A stretch of DNA of 62,842 nucleotides, filler included, from Sphacelaria rigidula (GCA_964200075.2; 8 parts of 8 records of this genome joined end to end with filler, not necessarily neighbours in it); one strand, 5' to 3'; positions 11,613-23,607 are shown, numbered from the whole stretch's first letter. A program made the numbers and translations. The notes: generated by a model from the sequence alone, not told the origin.

Positions 11613-14600
11613 CAATGCTATCGTGATGCGGTTTTTAACCTCCGACGTTGCTCTTCCGGTATCTTTGTACTTCCTTGTTCGGTCTTCCGGTTTTCTCTTG
11701 TGTTCAGCTGGGCGGGTGTCCAGCCAAGGTGGTGTCGGTTCTGCACGAGAGCACGGCGACAACGTGGACGGAAGACGCGATCGCCTTTTACGAAAACTTC
11801 GACCCTGCCGCGCCTTCCAGTCCGTAGGTCGTTAGGTCCTATGCTGAACGATCCCATTCTTGTATTTCCAATCCTTTTGCTTGAAAACATAATTATTTTT
11901 GCGCTGATGGTGACGAGCTAACAGTACGACGTTTTGCAAGACTCGAAGAAGAGGGGGGAGGGGAGGTGGGGGGCGAACGAAGCAAGAAATAACAAGATAG
12001 CCGAGCGGAAGGATTTGGAATGACTGGCAACAACTTGCTGTGGTTGAAGATGGGCCGGACGTGCTGTCGCTGCAAAGAGGATGCGAGCGAAGACATTGCT
12101 TTCAAAAGCAATGAGAAATGGTACAAACTACCTCAGCTCAGGCTATAAGAGGCTTGCCTACACACATACACATGTCCAGCCCTCGTCTCACCGTATTTTT
12201 CGTACGATTATGGGGCATGAAGACTCCATGAAGACTCCCCGGGCGCTTTTTTGGCCCAGACTCTTTCGAGGATCACGGTGCTATGGGCACCTGATGAACA
12301 CGTGGTTGCTGGAGACCTTTCATCAAGGTCCGTCCCTGCACGAGCGGTTTTTCATTGTGTAGGATTTTCCATGTTGAAAAAAACCGATTGTATTCGACGT
12401 GAATCCTTGGGGGATGTTTTACTCATGAAGTCATGCTACAAGCTGGACACGGTCCGTGTGTCACTTCTTCAAATGCGAGGCTTTGCCCCCCCCCCCCCCT
12501 CGCCGCCCTCCTCCTCTGGTTTGTTGGCAAGCACTTTGTACTGTTATCGATATGTTAGACGCCGTGTGTCGCTTGTTTGGATCGAAGGATGCTCGTGTCG
12601 TGAATCACCACCTCTGTACTGTATATAGCTGTATACGATCACACGTCGCGTCACGTTTGTTGGCTGTGTCGGCTGTGTCGCAACGGCATGCGTACGTTAA
12701 CCGTGCTGTTGGAGTGGGTAGTGTGCACAAGCTATTGGCGGTTGAGCACGCTTGTTTGTACCCTCAGCCTGCCTGGGGGACGTTAGTGTGCTGTACGCGA
12801 TTCGCGCTGTGGGGAAAGTTGCAGTGCGTAATCGGGATGGTGCGTGTTTCGTGTGTATCTGAGGGCTAGGGTGCGTCGCTACCTTTGTCGGCCAGCTTAT
12901 TGCCAGCCAGTGGTTTGTTTTTGATGTGCTGTGTATAGCACAGCGGGTCTCCGCACAGCAAACCTTGATAGCTAGGCGGCACCGCACGGCTTTTGCACCG
13001 TACACATGATGCGGCTCATGCCTTGTCACAGCTCCAACTTGCATCATTTTGTGCAACAAGGCAATCTTTGAGGTACAGTACCGTGCTCTGTGGGAAAGGA
13101 CGGGTGAATGATGACACACATCCTTTGGGGCATAAAACGCTCACCCTTGCCTTGCTTTTGTCTTGTTTTTGTCGCCAACCATGGTGCGAGTGCAGTTACA
13201 CGGAAACTTGCGCCGTTGAAAGATATCGAGATCAGTCTCAACACGGAATAGTGTGGCAGACCAGGGCCTTGTTCCCCTATGTAACGAGTGGCCGTGGGTG
13301 AAATCGAGGTTGAATACCAGGAAGTGTTACTCTCTTGATTACTACGGCAGGCTTGTCGACTGCGAAGTCTCGGTTGAGAGGGGGCTGCAGTTTTTTCTTG
13401 TAACTGTGGGAGGGATTTGTTGTAAATGTCACGGTGTCAGAAGCGGAAGATGACAATGTTTTTTCCGCTCACACCGTCTCGTACTGTCTTGTATTGTCTT
13501 GTACTGTCTGCTGTCTTGCACTGTCTGCTGTCTTGCACTGCTGTGGCTCGTCGGATGGCCCGTGCTTGTTTTTACATGCCATACTTTTTACTACGTTTTC
13601 TGTTGCTGTTTTTGACGTGCGTGTGTGTTGTGTGTCGTTAATTCGAGATTTGTCACTCGTGTTATGCGTGCGTGCTCCACCAAAACTACATGGTTCATGC
13701 AGTAAATACATATCGACGCGGTGCAATAGTTACAGTTGTACAGTACAATGCCGGCGGTGTGGTGATGAGAAAGCAGGTGTACCCCGTTGAACATCCTTGC
13801 GCCTGTATTTCCATGGCTCACGCCGGTAGCCTTTCTTTTGGCCTTTCTACAGCGCAGGGGTAGGGCCGGGCCGAGATCGGGCCGGGCGTATGTACAACTT
13901 GCGGCCAAATTCGAGAACGTAAAACACACAGTGGGGAACTGTGCATGACTGCTTTCCCCGTATCGCCTCCGTTGCAAGGGACCATGTCTGCGTTTATAGG
14001 CCCAAAAAATGAGGCACAGGAAGGCGATATACATACTACGTATAGTAGGGAGCTCTTGTTTGTAATGGGCAAGGCGTGTGTCCCGACCCCGCCGTGTTGC
14101 AAGAACACTTGTCTAGTCGCGTCGTCTAAATCCCCCTTGCTCTGCTACCGGCCTTGGGTATTGATGTGATGGCGAATACTACTGCCATGCGTCCGGGTCC
14201 GGAGACACACCAAAGCTCGCTTTCAATGCAGTGTCGACACCAGGCTGGCGTCCGTTGCAACGGAATATCAAGCTGATGATAACTGCACAGGTTGATTGGA
14301 TGATGGGAGACTCACAGGCTCGCAAAACTCGCGAACTCGCCCAAGGATGGACGCTTAAAATGAGGGTAGTATGTAGGTCGTATGCATGAAAAATGGTGCA
14401 CATTATTCCAACAAAGATCACATTACGATCTTCTTGTATTGACGTGTGGTCCATGCAACAACACAACTTGGAATGAACGGGGTACCGTTATTTTTCGGTC
14501 ATTGACTATACTAATTTCAAGATGTTTTGTTTGAAAAAACTGGTGGGGAATACGGATTTTCTTCATTTTTTCAAAGCATTTTCTTTGGTCCACAGAGTTG

Positions 14601-14867
14601 AAAAATGAAATGGTACGTGGTTTAGGTCCAACTCGTCCGACTCCGAGGAAACGTTTTTTCACAGTCATAAGCCTAATATCGCGAGTATACATCTTCAAGG
14701 CCGGTGTCGCCAATGAAACAAAACCCCTTCCTCGGGGTCCAAACTCTTGGCCAATGTTTGCCTTGAAGACGATTTTCTCTGGATACGAGACTGGAACAAA
14801 AATGTAAACGGGTGATTCCATCTGCCTGGACACCTTTTTCTAACGACATATTTCATCCCTTGTAAAA

Positions 14868-15055
14868 AAACACGAGCACAAGAAAACAAATTCGACGTAG
14901 GGGTCGACAAGGGAAAGAGACTGCTGAATCCCTCTCGCGATAAAAAATAAAGACAGGCACCGCGGAAGGAAGGTGGAGAACAAAAAACAAACAAATCATG
15001 TGAAAATGTCACAAGAAGAATCCTGTGAAGTCCTGTGTCCTGTGTTGGCCTTCCT
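14868..15055 (+). mobile_element. tRNA-SINE body fragment
   Basis: GTCGACAAGGGAAAGAGACTGCTGAATCCCTCTCGC...GCACCGCGGAAGGAAGGTGG matches the other SINE copies. Confidence 0.7.
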
Positions 15056-15064
15056 CCTGTAACA

Positions 15065-15473
15065 CGGGATTTCACAAATTATTGGGGATGGATCTTTCTT
15101 TGGGGATGACAACCCGGAGAATTGAAAACTTTGTATCCACACGAAATTCTCGAAGTATGCTTCCCTCTCTAGACTCGCTAGTAGTTATTGACACCTACTA
15201 CATGCCATACAGATTTGGATTTCGATAACCAAAATATCGGTGTCCTGGGTGAAAAACAAACTTCGGCGTCCGATCGGACACCTGGAATCTCCCAAAATTG
15301 GCATTTCACCTAGGACCCCGACATTTCGGCTGTCGAAATGAAAATTTGTATGTCGTGTAGTAATTATCAATGGGTACCAGCAAGTGAAGACACGGAAGCA
15401 TACTTCGAAAAATTGGTGTGAAAACGACGATTTAATTCTCCGGGTTTTCATCGCCAATGAAAGATCCATCCCT
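15065..15473. mobile_element. Long-TIR foldback MITE (second copy at about 20140-20573)
   Basis: Arms GGGATGGATCTTTC...ACCCGGAGAATT versus AATTCTCCGGGT...GAAAGATCCATCCC. About 170-nt imperfect arms. Same family as the ODA-intron copy. Confidence 0.75.
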
Positions 15474-15738
15474 AGTTGACAGCGGATCCTAAAAAATGGG
15501 GTCCATCTCAAAAATGAGATTAAAGTGGCATTTCTTTTTTGCAGGGATGACGCGAAACACTTACGACCGAGCGAAGCCATCTTCCCCCCCAAATGACCGC
15601 AGCAGTTGAGCAGCTGTGGCTTGGTGCACCTAACGAATNNNNNNNNNNNNNNNNNNNNNNNNNNNNNNNNNNNNNNNNNNNNTTAATTAATTAANNNNNN
15701 NNNNNNNNNNNNNNNNNNNNNNNNNNNNNNNNNNNNNN

Positions 15739-15805
15739 GAAAGGGATGCGTGGTCAATGGTCAAAGGACTAAGGCAAGCAACAAATGAGTACGCCCCCCC
15801 CGCCG
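15739..15805 (+). mobile_element. Family A LINE 3' end at contig start
   Basis: GAAAGGGATGCGTGGTCAATGGTCAAAGGACTAAGGCAAGCAACAAATGAGTACG followed by C8. Confidence 0.8.
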
Positions 15806-16309
15806 CACATCGCGTTTGGCTCCTTGCACCGATGGCGGAAGAGGAAGTGCAACGCAACCGATCTGATATGACACATGGGCATTCCTCTTTGGCAAGTTTT
15901 TTGTTACATTTCTCTTCTTCTTTTCAAACAACCGCATCATGCGTACAGTATGCACGGGTTTGGGATGGCGAGGGGGTTACTATGGGTAACTTTGAGAAGT
16001 CGAAATGAGCATAAATGTCTTTGAGGGGTTCGATTTTTCGTGAAAACGCCCTGCACATCGACCGCGGGCACTTGTTACGCACACAGATACCAGTTCACAT
16101 AGACGAGTAACGAGAGCTCACGGTTTTGTTGCACTAAAACACGTTCAGGAATCGATTTTTGTTGCATAACTTCTGCCGTCGTTTCGTGTACGTGAGTGCT
16201 TTTGGGAGATTGAAGGGGGAGGGATTCTCACTAGTTACCGAGAGGCCAACCTCAGTTGCAAGCCCATAAGTTCGAGTTTCGCCTTTGTTCTGTTGCGTTT
16301 AACAGTCAC

Positions 16310-16415
16310 CTCTCTGTTGAGCTCATTGATAAGCTTGAAGAGGTTGTAGTTCTCGTCCTCCGCTTCCAGCATCACCGGGACGAAGTCGTCCAGCGTTGCC
16401 AAACTCGTCGCTGTG
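16310..16415 (-). CDS. ODA-DC (CCDC63/CCDC114-like) exon (3' exons not in contig)
   Basis: TACTGCAG|C acceptor (phase 2 matches) and GAG|GTGACT donor. Encodes TATSLATLDDFVPVMLEAEDENYNLFKLINELNRE, resembling the conserved EDxNFxLFNYVNELNxE motif. Confidence 0.88.
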
Positions 16416-16578
16416 CTGCAGTACGTCGTTAATGCACGGCAGTAGGAAAGTACGACTCCCGCTTCGATTGTTTCCATCAATATTGCTGTGAAACGAGACA
16501 CAGTCAGCCCGTTATTGCCAGGAAAACGTTCGTAGGACGTACGTTTTTAAAGAACCCAAAGTTATGTTGGGTAGCGAC

Positions 16579-17219
16579 TGTGTGTGTGTGTACTCATCCC
16601 AAATATTCTGCACGCCAGTCTACACCTTTTGGTATATGTGGGCGCATCAGTCAGGGTCACACGATAGGTAAATCAACTCAGGAGTTTTCATCTTCTTATT
16701 TTGTTCAAGTCGCATTACTATCGACAGTGTTGATTTCAAATATCTCCCACAAGTTTCGGAACTGGCAAGGTACCAGGACGACTCTCGAAGGATTGCGAGC
16801 GCCACGGCGTGTGAACAGGGTAGCTCTCCGAAGTGCTGGGTTGAAGTCTAATTTTTTCGGACTTCTCTGAAAATGAAGCTTCGGAGAAAAATCAAGCCGC
16901 TTCGTTTTCGGAGAAGCATGAACGCAGAGTGCCCAAGGTCCCAGACTTCTGGGATCTCCGAAAGAAAGTGTCAGCAATTATGGACCTCAGTATTCCACCT
17001 TCCCTCTGTGCTTGCTTTTCTTTTTTTTCGCGAGAAGGGCTCAGCGGCCCTTCCCTCGTCGACGGTGAAAACGAATATTGTCTCCCCACGACATAGTGGC
17101 CCTCCACTGTTGGGTATGATATGAGAAAAATTCAAGATCATGTGACTTCACCGAGATTCGAACCCACGTCCCAAGCGTCAGAAAGTTTCGAGGTTACCAA
17201 CTGAGCCACCGGGGCGACC
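16579..17219 (-). mobile_element. Full-length tRNA-derived SINE, interrupted by an about 285-bp insertion (about 16700-16985)
   Basis: Minus-strand head GGTCGCCCCGGTGGCTCAGTTGGTAACC...GTGGGTTCGAATCTCGG with Pol III A box (TGGCTCAGTTGG) and B box (GGTTCGAATC). (CA)n tail. Confidence 0.85.
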
Positions 17220-17269
17220 GGTCTCTGATTGAATCATTTTGTGTGTAAGATCGGTAGACGCGCGAATAT

Positions 17270-17730
17270 GGGTTTTCAAAACTGTGGATACAGATACAAG
17301 ATACCCAAGAGTCGCGTAAAGTTGGGTATGATCTCAACACTCTACCCAAATAATGGGTGAGTACTCTCAGCAATACCCGGGTGTAGAGCATCACTTAGGT
17401 ACGACCTCAACACTCTACCCCAAAAATGCATAAAGTAGGATACAATCTCAATACTCTAACCAAACCTTTGGCAGAGTTGGATATGACCTCAATACTCTAC
17501 CCCGAAAGTTGGGAAGGTCCTCTCGATAATACCTGGCTATGGAGTACAACTTAGGTATGACATCAGCACCCTACTCAAATTTCGGGTGAAAATGGGTACG
17601 ATCTCGAAACTCTACCGGAATCTTTGGTAATCTGGGTTCGATCTCAATACCCTACCCAATATTTTTGAGCTCTACAAGTACGACTTTTCATAATACCTGG
17701 GTATCGGGTATATCCTTCGTAACACACCCT
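17270..17730. repeat. Array of GGGTAYGAYCTCAAYACTCTACCC-type repeats, probably a MITE with subterminal repeats
   Basis: The motif recurs about 7 times between 17324 and 17660. A related motif occurs at 40620-40760. Confidence 0.6.
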
Positions 17731-17826
17731 TGAAAGAACCAACCCACAGAACCATGGTATACACATGAAATAGACCCGCACTTACACTGGTGGGTGTTCT
17801 TTGTCACAGTGTTCCATAAACCCCAC

Positions 17827-18076
17827 CTGATTCTTTCAAGCGCCGCCCTAAGCTCCTGAACCCGTTCCGCCTTAGCCTGGAGATCGTTCTTTTTCTTCAG
17901 TATGAGCCAAAATGACATGTTGCTCTGCTGGCGAAGTCGCTGAGTCCTGGACATAGGCTGCACCCCAGCAGATCCGGGCTTTCCCGAAGGGGCGTCACTT
18001 CCTTCCCCACCCCCATTCACTGCAACCGATTCCTCTTCGCCTGATCCGGGAATTGTACCGCTCCGTGCCATGTACT
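17827..18076 (-). CDS. ODA-DC (CCDC63/CCDC114-like) exon
   Basis: TTCTGCAG|AG acceptor (phase 1 matches) and AG|GTGGGG donor (phase 2). Encodes ...NMSFWLILKKKNDLQAKAERVQELRAALERI. Confidence 0.85.
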
Positions 18077-18102
18077 CTGCAGAAGAGAGGTACGGGAGCG
18101 TT

Positions 18103-18340
18103 GGGGGAGGGAGGGGGGGCGTGTACTCATGATCTTGCATGCCGTGGTAATATGACCATCGCCCTCGCATCCCTGCAAGAAGGGGGGGGGCGTACTCATT
18201 TGTCGCTTGTCTTAGTCGTTCGACCATTGACCACGCATCCCTTTCGAGACGGAGCACCGAAGAAGGGGGCGGGGGGCGTACTCATTTGTTACGCTTGCCG
18301 TAGTCGTGTGACCATGCAAGAGGGGGGGTGGGGCAGGGAA
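18103..18340 (-). mobile_element. Stack of three C-tract-ended retro-fragments (B, A, A)
   Basis: B end at 18103-18176, A end at 18182-18258 flanked by duplicated AAGAAGGGGG (18177-18186, 18260-18269), and an older A end at 18265-18316. Confidence 0.8.
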
Positions 18341-19255
18341 GAATAGCTGATTTTTAATGAGGCCAGTATGCGCCCCCGGGAGGTTCCCTGTGACGGAGGC
18401 TGTGTGTACGTGACCTAGCTTTAGGGTCAAATTTTGTGTGTGTACGTGTGGTGGGGACCAAGGGCGAGGAACATTAGGAACGTCGAGAACGTCAAGAATG
18501 TCACGAAAATCAGGGACGCCGGGGACATCAGGAACGCACATGTAATTTCAAAAATTAAATGTGGCAGCCGCGCCCTGAAGAAGACTGCTACGCCAAGACG
18601 AGTTTGGGGCGGGTTTTATGAGTCCTAATTCCGACAGCTGCCAAGGACATGCTGTTCGGGTTTCCTTGGTCCGAAACGTGGGGGCATGATTGATTAAAGA
18701 TAGATGTCATAAAGTTCGACGGTCTGACGGAATGCTGATCCACGGTCGATACTAATTTTCAAGACAAAATGTACAGGGAAAACATCCTTGGGTCATTCCT
18801 TGGCATCACCGGCTCGTTCTGAGGCAAGAGGTAATATCACAAAGAACGAATACCTGCCGTTTGATCGTTTGGGTTGTTAACTGCTTATCATGATTCTCGT
18901 CGTTGGCACATTGAATAAAAACGCTTACAAAACCTCGCGGAGAAGTGGTTCCTAAAAATGAGGGGACGGAATAGTACGATTCTTGCCTCAACTTCACAGA
19001 AGAGCTCAGCAGCCTTATTTAGGCATTTGACAAATGTTGTGGAAACCGAATACGCAGAATGTACGGGTGCAGGAAGCGCAGCGGTGGCTGATTCTACCAG
19101 ACGCCGGCGCTAACATTTACTGGTTGCTATTCGCCTCGCTCCAAAATATTTCGCATTTGAAAGCACTGCTAAAGCAGTCATTTTTCACAGTCTCTTTTCA
19201 CTCCGCAGCTTGCGTTGTCTTTCTTTTCCCTCAAAACGGACGGTCGCGCGCTCAC

Positions 19256-19409
19256 CGAGATTAGCGTTGGTCTCCTGCGTTGCTGTCTTTGCCGCAGCGA
19301 GGCCGTCAGACATGCCTTGGAACTCCCCTCGAAACGCCTCAAGGTCCTTCACCACTTCTTGCTTCAGCAACTCCATCTCTCTCCGCGTTTTTTCTCTGTC
19401 GTCAACCAT
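19256..19409 (-). CDS. ODA-DC (CCDC63/CCDC114-like) exon
   Basis: CAACAG|ATG acceptor and G|GTGAGC donor (phase 1). Encodes coiled-coil MVDDREKTRREMELLKQEVVKDLEAFRGEFQGMSDGL.... Confidence 0.85.
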
Positions 19410-20612
19410 CTGTTGTCCGTGCAACGGGGTTTAATCAAAGGGCCATAACAGACGGGTTCGTTGGAACGATAGTTCTGTCGCACCCGCCCGATATCGTACT
19501 CGAGTTTCGCAACAAACTTTGACATCCGTCTTTTTCCTGACATCCCCACCACACCGTTCAATTGAGTAGAAGTGCTATCGACGCGTTTTCGGGGCATATC
19601 TCAAACAACTCATCGCAACACGGTGGATCGCAACACCGGTAATCATTCACCGCTGAATCGCATGTTCCCGCGAACATTGGTGGGATGGTGGCTCACCCTA
19701 CGAATTCGGATCCAAACGCTGCGGAGAAAAACATAAATCGCCCAAACTCCTCTTCGGCCTCCGACCGGCGAGGCATCGTCGAATTTTAGGGGGGAGCTTT
19801 CAACGTCATATCTGCATCCCCCGTGATTCCAAAGCAGCACCAGCAGTTTACTGTAGGTAAGGTTTATATTACCCTCGGGTGATGAGCTTTAGGGACCCGA
19901 AATGTGATCACCCAGGGGTCGTATTTACAAGTGGGGATGGGAGGGGCTCTTTCAGGTGCCAATACCGCACTAAACTACCGACATGTTGGACATGGAGCCG
20001 AAAATTCTGTACAGTGGCCGAAACCTGATCGCCCCGCGGTATCGTTCCTAATCGTATACGACGTACCGGTGATATACACCATCACCTACCTAAGCTCCCC
20101 TTCTCCTTCTCTCACGATAATAATCTCTGCTATTTATCGCATGATTTTGTAAAGTGGGGATGGGTTTTTCGTTGAGGACGAGAAACCCGGAGAATCAAAA
20201 TCTTCGAATCCACGCCATATCTTCGAAATATGGTTCCATTAATCAACTCGCTGGTAGCTATTAACAACTACTACACGCCATACAAGTCTGGATTACGATG
20301 ACCGACATTTTGGGGTCCTGGGTGAAAAGCCAATTTGGGGGCATTTCGACGATCTGATCGGATCATCCAGATTCCCCAAAATAATTTCTTTACCTAGGAC
20401 CCCAACATGTCGTTATCATAATTCAAATTTGTATGGCGTGTAGTAGTTGTCGACAGCTGCCAGTAGATGGAGGAGTGGAACTATATTTCGAAGATTTGGT
20501 GTGAATACGAGCATTTTAATTCTCCGGGTTCTCACCCCCAATAAAAACTCCATCCTCAATTTGCGAAATCCCGTCTTATTCGTGGATGTCCTTGTTCGCG
20601 ACGCGTCTTCAC

Positions 20613-20780
20613 CTGCTGGGTTAGCCTGGTCGTGCTCGAACACGTAGCTCTGGCTGCTTCCAACTCGGCCTCCAGTCGCCGTTTAGCCTTCATTTCCGCC
20701 ATTTTTTCTCTGCGCAAGCTGTTCACGCGCTCTCTTCGTCTGGCATTGGCAGCATCCAGCATGCTGGCCTTCGTCAGCGT
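20613..20780 (-). CDS. ODA-DC (CCDC63/CCDC114-like) exon
   Basis: AAATAG|ACG acceptor and CAG|GTGAAG donor. Encodes TLTKASMLDAANARRRERVNSLRREKMAEMKAKRRLEAELEAARATCSSTTRLTQQ (family NxxLRxxIxxLRxE motif). Confidence 0.85.
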
Positions 20781-21465
20781 CTATTTATTACATCGTGCCG
20801 CAGCGAGTTGCAGACGAAGCGCGCACGTAGGGGGGAGGTCAGCGTGCTGAACTAGTTGAAATCAATAAAATTGTACGCGCGTAGGTGAAAAAACAACGGG
20901 AGCGGAAATTGCGTGGGACGCCGGAGGAGGGGGTTGATGGGGGGGAGTACGGATATTCATGGGCGGCTCACGAGAATCGGATTCAAGACAAGGACAAGGA
21001 GAAAAGGGGAAAGAAACGTTCTGCGGACTTTGGTTCTTCCATGAAATAGAGAATGGGGCTATTTTCAACAGTACAGGAGAATACCAAAAACAATTTCCAT
21101 GTGGTTTGTTGCGGCGTGATGCTGCCTGCCTGGTGGCTCACAGCTTACCCAGGCTGGTCAATCCTTGGTTCCCCACCTCATCATTCTAGCCATCGCAACA
21201 TGCGTAGCTTCACGACCACACCGTCGGATGCAGCTCTCTCGCGGGTAACATCCACCAGAAAACAAGCTAAAAAATGTTACAAGCCGAAACGCTGTTCGAA
21301 TGTCCCACCCACGAAAACCACCATGACTCATCCTGTGCCTGGCATTCTGGAACGTACCAGTGATAATTCCATAGCGTGAAATTCAATACGGCACTGCAGC
21401 ATTAACGCCGCTCAAGAATGACCAGATATAAGTGTACAGATACTCTGCAGGGGTTATTCACTCAC

Positions 21466-21570
21466 CTGCTGACGCCGGTTCTCCACCTTGTGAATTGCCC
21501 TTTCGATGGCACTAACTTCTCCCTTGATGGCCTGTGTCGTTTCAGGCCCAACGATCTTTCGCTTATCCTC
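21466..21570 (-). CDS. ODA-DC (CCDC63/CCDC114-like) exon
   Basis: GTGCAG|GAG acceptor and CAG|GTGAGT donor. Encodes EDKRKIVGPETTQAIKGEVSAIERAIHKVENRRQQ (family IxxLENRL motif). Not in the ORF track. Confidence 0.85.
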
Positions 21571-22582
21571 CTGCACTTTACCCACATCAACCGAACAGAG
21601 GCGCACCGTCGATGACTCAAGTTGGGACGACCACGCCGTCGAATGTAAGGATCATGTTGTCATACGATCCAACTGAGGTCTTCTCAATCGGCGAGATTCT
21701 CACTCACAAACGTTGATGGTCGAGGAGCTTGAGTCATCTGGGGGAAAAGTGCATTTTGTCACCTAGTGGCACAAATGTTGTATGGGTTGCTGGTGTGGCG
21801 AGGGTGTGTGACAGCTGCCGATCCAAAAGAACGACAGACATGCCCAATCGATGGCTAGTGCGGCGATGGTATGTGAGAGCTGTCAATTCATGTCGTGTGT
21901 GCGCACTGTTGGTTCATTACCCGAAAAACATATCGCGAGCGCTGGTGCTGTGGTAAATGAAGTATATCAAACGCTGTGTCGTTGGTATGACCTAGTTCAA
22001 ATTCTGTTAAAACATCTTGAAACATCGTACAGCACGGTGTCGAGGAGTTAGTACTCTTTGCGGCACACGATTTCCTGTGGAAGTGCGAAGACGCCTGTGG
22101 AGATGCCGCAATTCAGTGTATGAGTAACGGTGGTTCTTGCTCTACTGTGAAAGTTCTAGACTTGCACATCAGGAGCACCCATACTTTGAGAGCAAGTAAA
22201 AAACATTGGCACTATCAGCGCACATGAACTCAACGTAAGATTACTACAGTACCTCGCAGCTGACATCAAAACTTGTTCAATCAATCTAGATCGGGACGTA
22301 TTTCAACGAGACGGGGGGAGGTTACACTTTCTTCAGTACGCAATATAGACATGTTCGCTTTCCTCTACCCCCGTGAAAATATTGTCGCCCTCACTCCCCG
22401 CCCATGTCATTGTACCACCGGTGGCGCATAGACATCACCAGGAGTATCTCGAATGGTTTCCCGAAAATTGACGAACGCCCCAGAGAACAATATCCGCGGG
22501 CGAGGCGGGTGATAGAGGACTGGTCTTGTTGGAAGAGTACGAAAACACCTTCACCCTTGCTATTGAACACCCCCACACTCAC

Positions 22583-23020
22583 GAGCTCCTTTTTGCCCTT
22601 GGCTATCCGAAATGTGAGGTCTTCGATCCGGGCCCTCTGGAACTGTATCTTTGTCGTGAAGAGGATCTGCATGTCGTACACATGATTCACATCTTCTGCC
22701 AGCCGCTTGCTCTGGATAGAAATCACGCTCTTCATCGCACTCAGGGACCCCCCCCCCCTACCCCCGCCGATAATACTGTCACCGCCCGCCGCGGCAGCCA
22801 GGCTAGCGCCGCCTCCGCCACGTGAGTGCCCGGTCACTCCGGACAATGATCCACCTCCCCTCCCTAGATTTCCACCGACGCCTTCCAGATTCGCCGCCAC
22901 AGGTGATCGTGAGCCGCCGCCTGCTGCGTGTAATTTACGAAGATGGGACAGGAAAGATTTGGGAGTGTGTTGATTCTCATGAGAGCTCTTGACATACCTG
23001 TAGCGTCCGTTTGTGCCCAT
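22583..23020 (-). CDS. Outer dynein arm docking-complex coiled-coil protein (CCDC63/CCDC114/ODA1-DC2 family), probable first exon of join(23020-22583,21570-21466,20780-20613,19409-19256,18076-17827,16415-16310)
   Basis: ATG at 23020, a Gly-rich stretch, then ...FTTKIQFQRARIEDLTFRIAKGKKEL and a CTC|GTGAGT donor. The FTxKIxxExxRIxxL pattern is typical of the family. The start codon is uncertain. Confidence 0.75.
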
Positions 23021-23216
23021 GTGCCACCGACGAACAAGTGCCCCAACATGAAGGCATACACTATTTTGCCCTGCGGTGATTACTTTCCCCGGGGTATCTC
23101 AAGCCAAGAGCAGCGTGAATATTGTTTCTTGCAGGTGTAAAATGCACGTATGGCGGTTGGCATTTGGCATTTGGCTATTGGCTACTGGCCAGTCCCGAAA
23201 AAATGGGTATACATGT

Positions 23217-23507
23217 GACACTTTCTACGATAGCCTCCTCAAAAAGAGTGTATGCTTTGGGGAAGCAAAATCCTCACGTAAATCGAAATGGAAGAAGCCG
23301 AGCACAACGAGCAGCTAGGAATTCCCACGCTTGGGTTCCTTCTCGCCAATGTCGCCAGTATGAGGCGATTCATGCAGCCTGAACGCAAACATCAGGCGCT
23401 GTATGACCATTTTTTTCGTGACACGTTTGGGCTGGTTTGGGGGGGGGGAGAGAGGGGAAGGGGGTGTACTCATGATCATGCATGCCATAGTCATCAGACC
23501 ACTGACA
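23217..23507. mobile_element. Sola-like MITE about 200 bp upstream of the ODA-DC start, with its right TIR G-run interrupted by a family B copy
   Basis: GACACTTTCTACGATAGCC start, colinear with 60477-60725. The G-run at 23439-23465 continues directly into TGTACTCATGATCATGCATGCC (family B, minus strand). Confidence 0.75.
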
Positions 23508-23607
23508 NNNNNNNNNNNNNNNNNNNNNNNNNNNNNNNNNNNNNNNNNNNNTTAATTAATTAANNNNNNNNNNNNNNNNNNNNNNNNNNNNNNNNNNNNN
23601 NNNNNNN

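Noticed and set aside
17145-17219. tRNA gene
   Set aside because: A and B boxes are present, but I could not fold a convincing cloverleaf, and the sequence continues into a repeated body with a (CA)n tail. It is a SINE head.
17324-17660. CRISPR-like repeat-spacer array
   Set aside because: Repeats are degenerate with irregular spacing and mutually similar spacers, the context is a eukaryotic intron, and there are no cas genes.
18469-18537. 9-bp-period minisatellite (RGAACRTCA-like) giving a DVPDVL-type peptide
   Set aside because: Intronic, short, with no splice sites fitting the ODA-DC phases; an ordinary TE-internal repeat.
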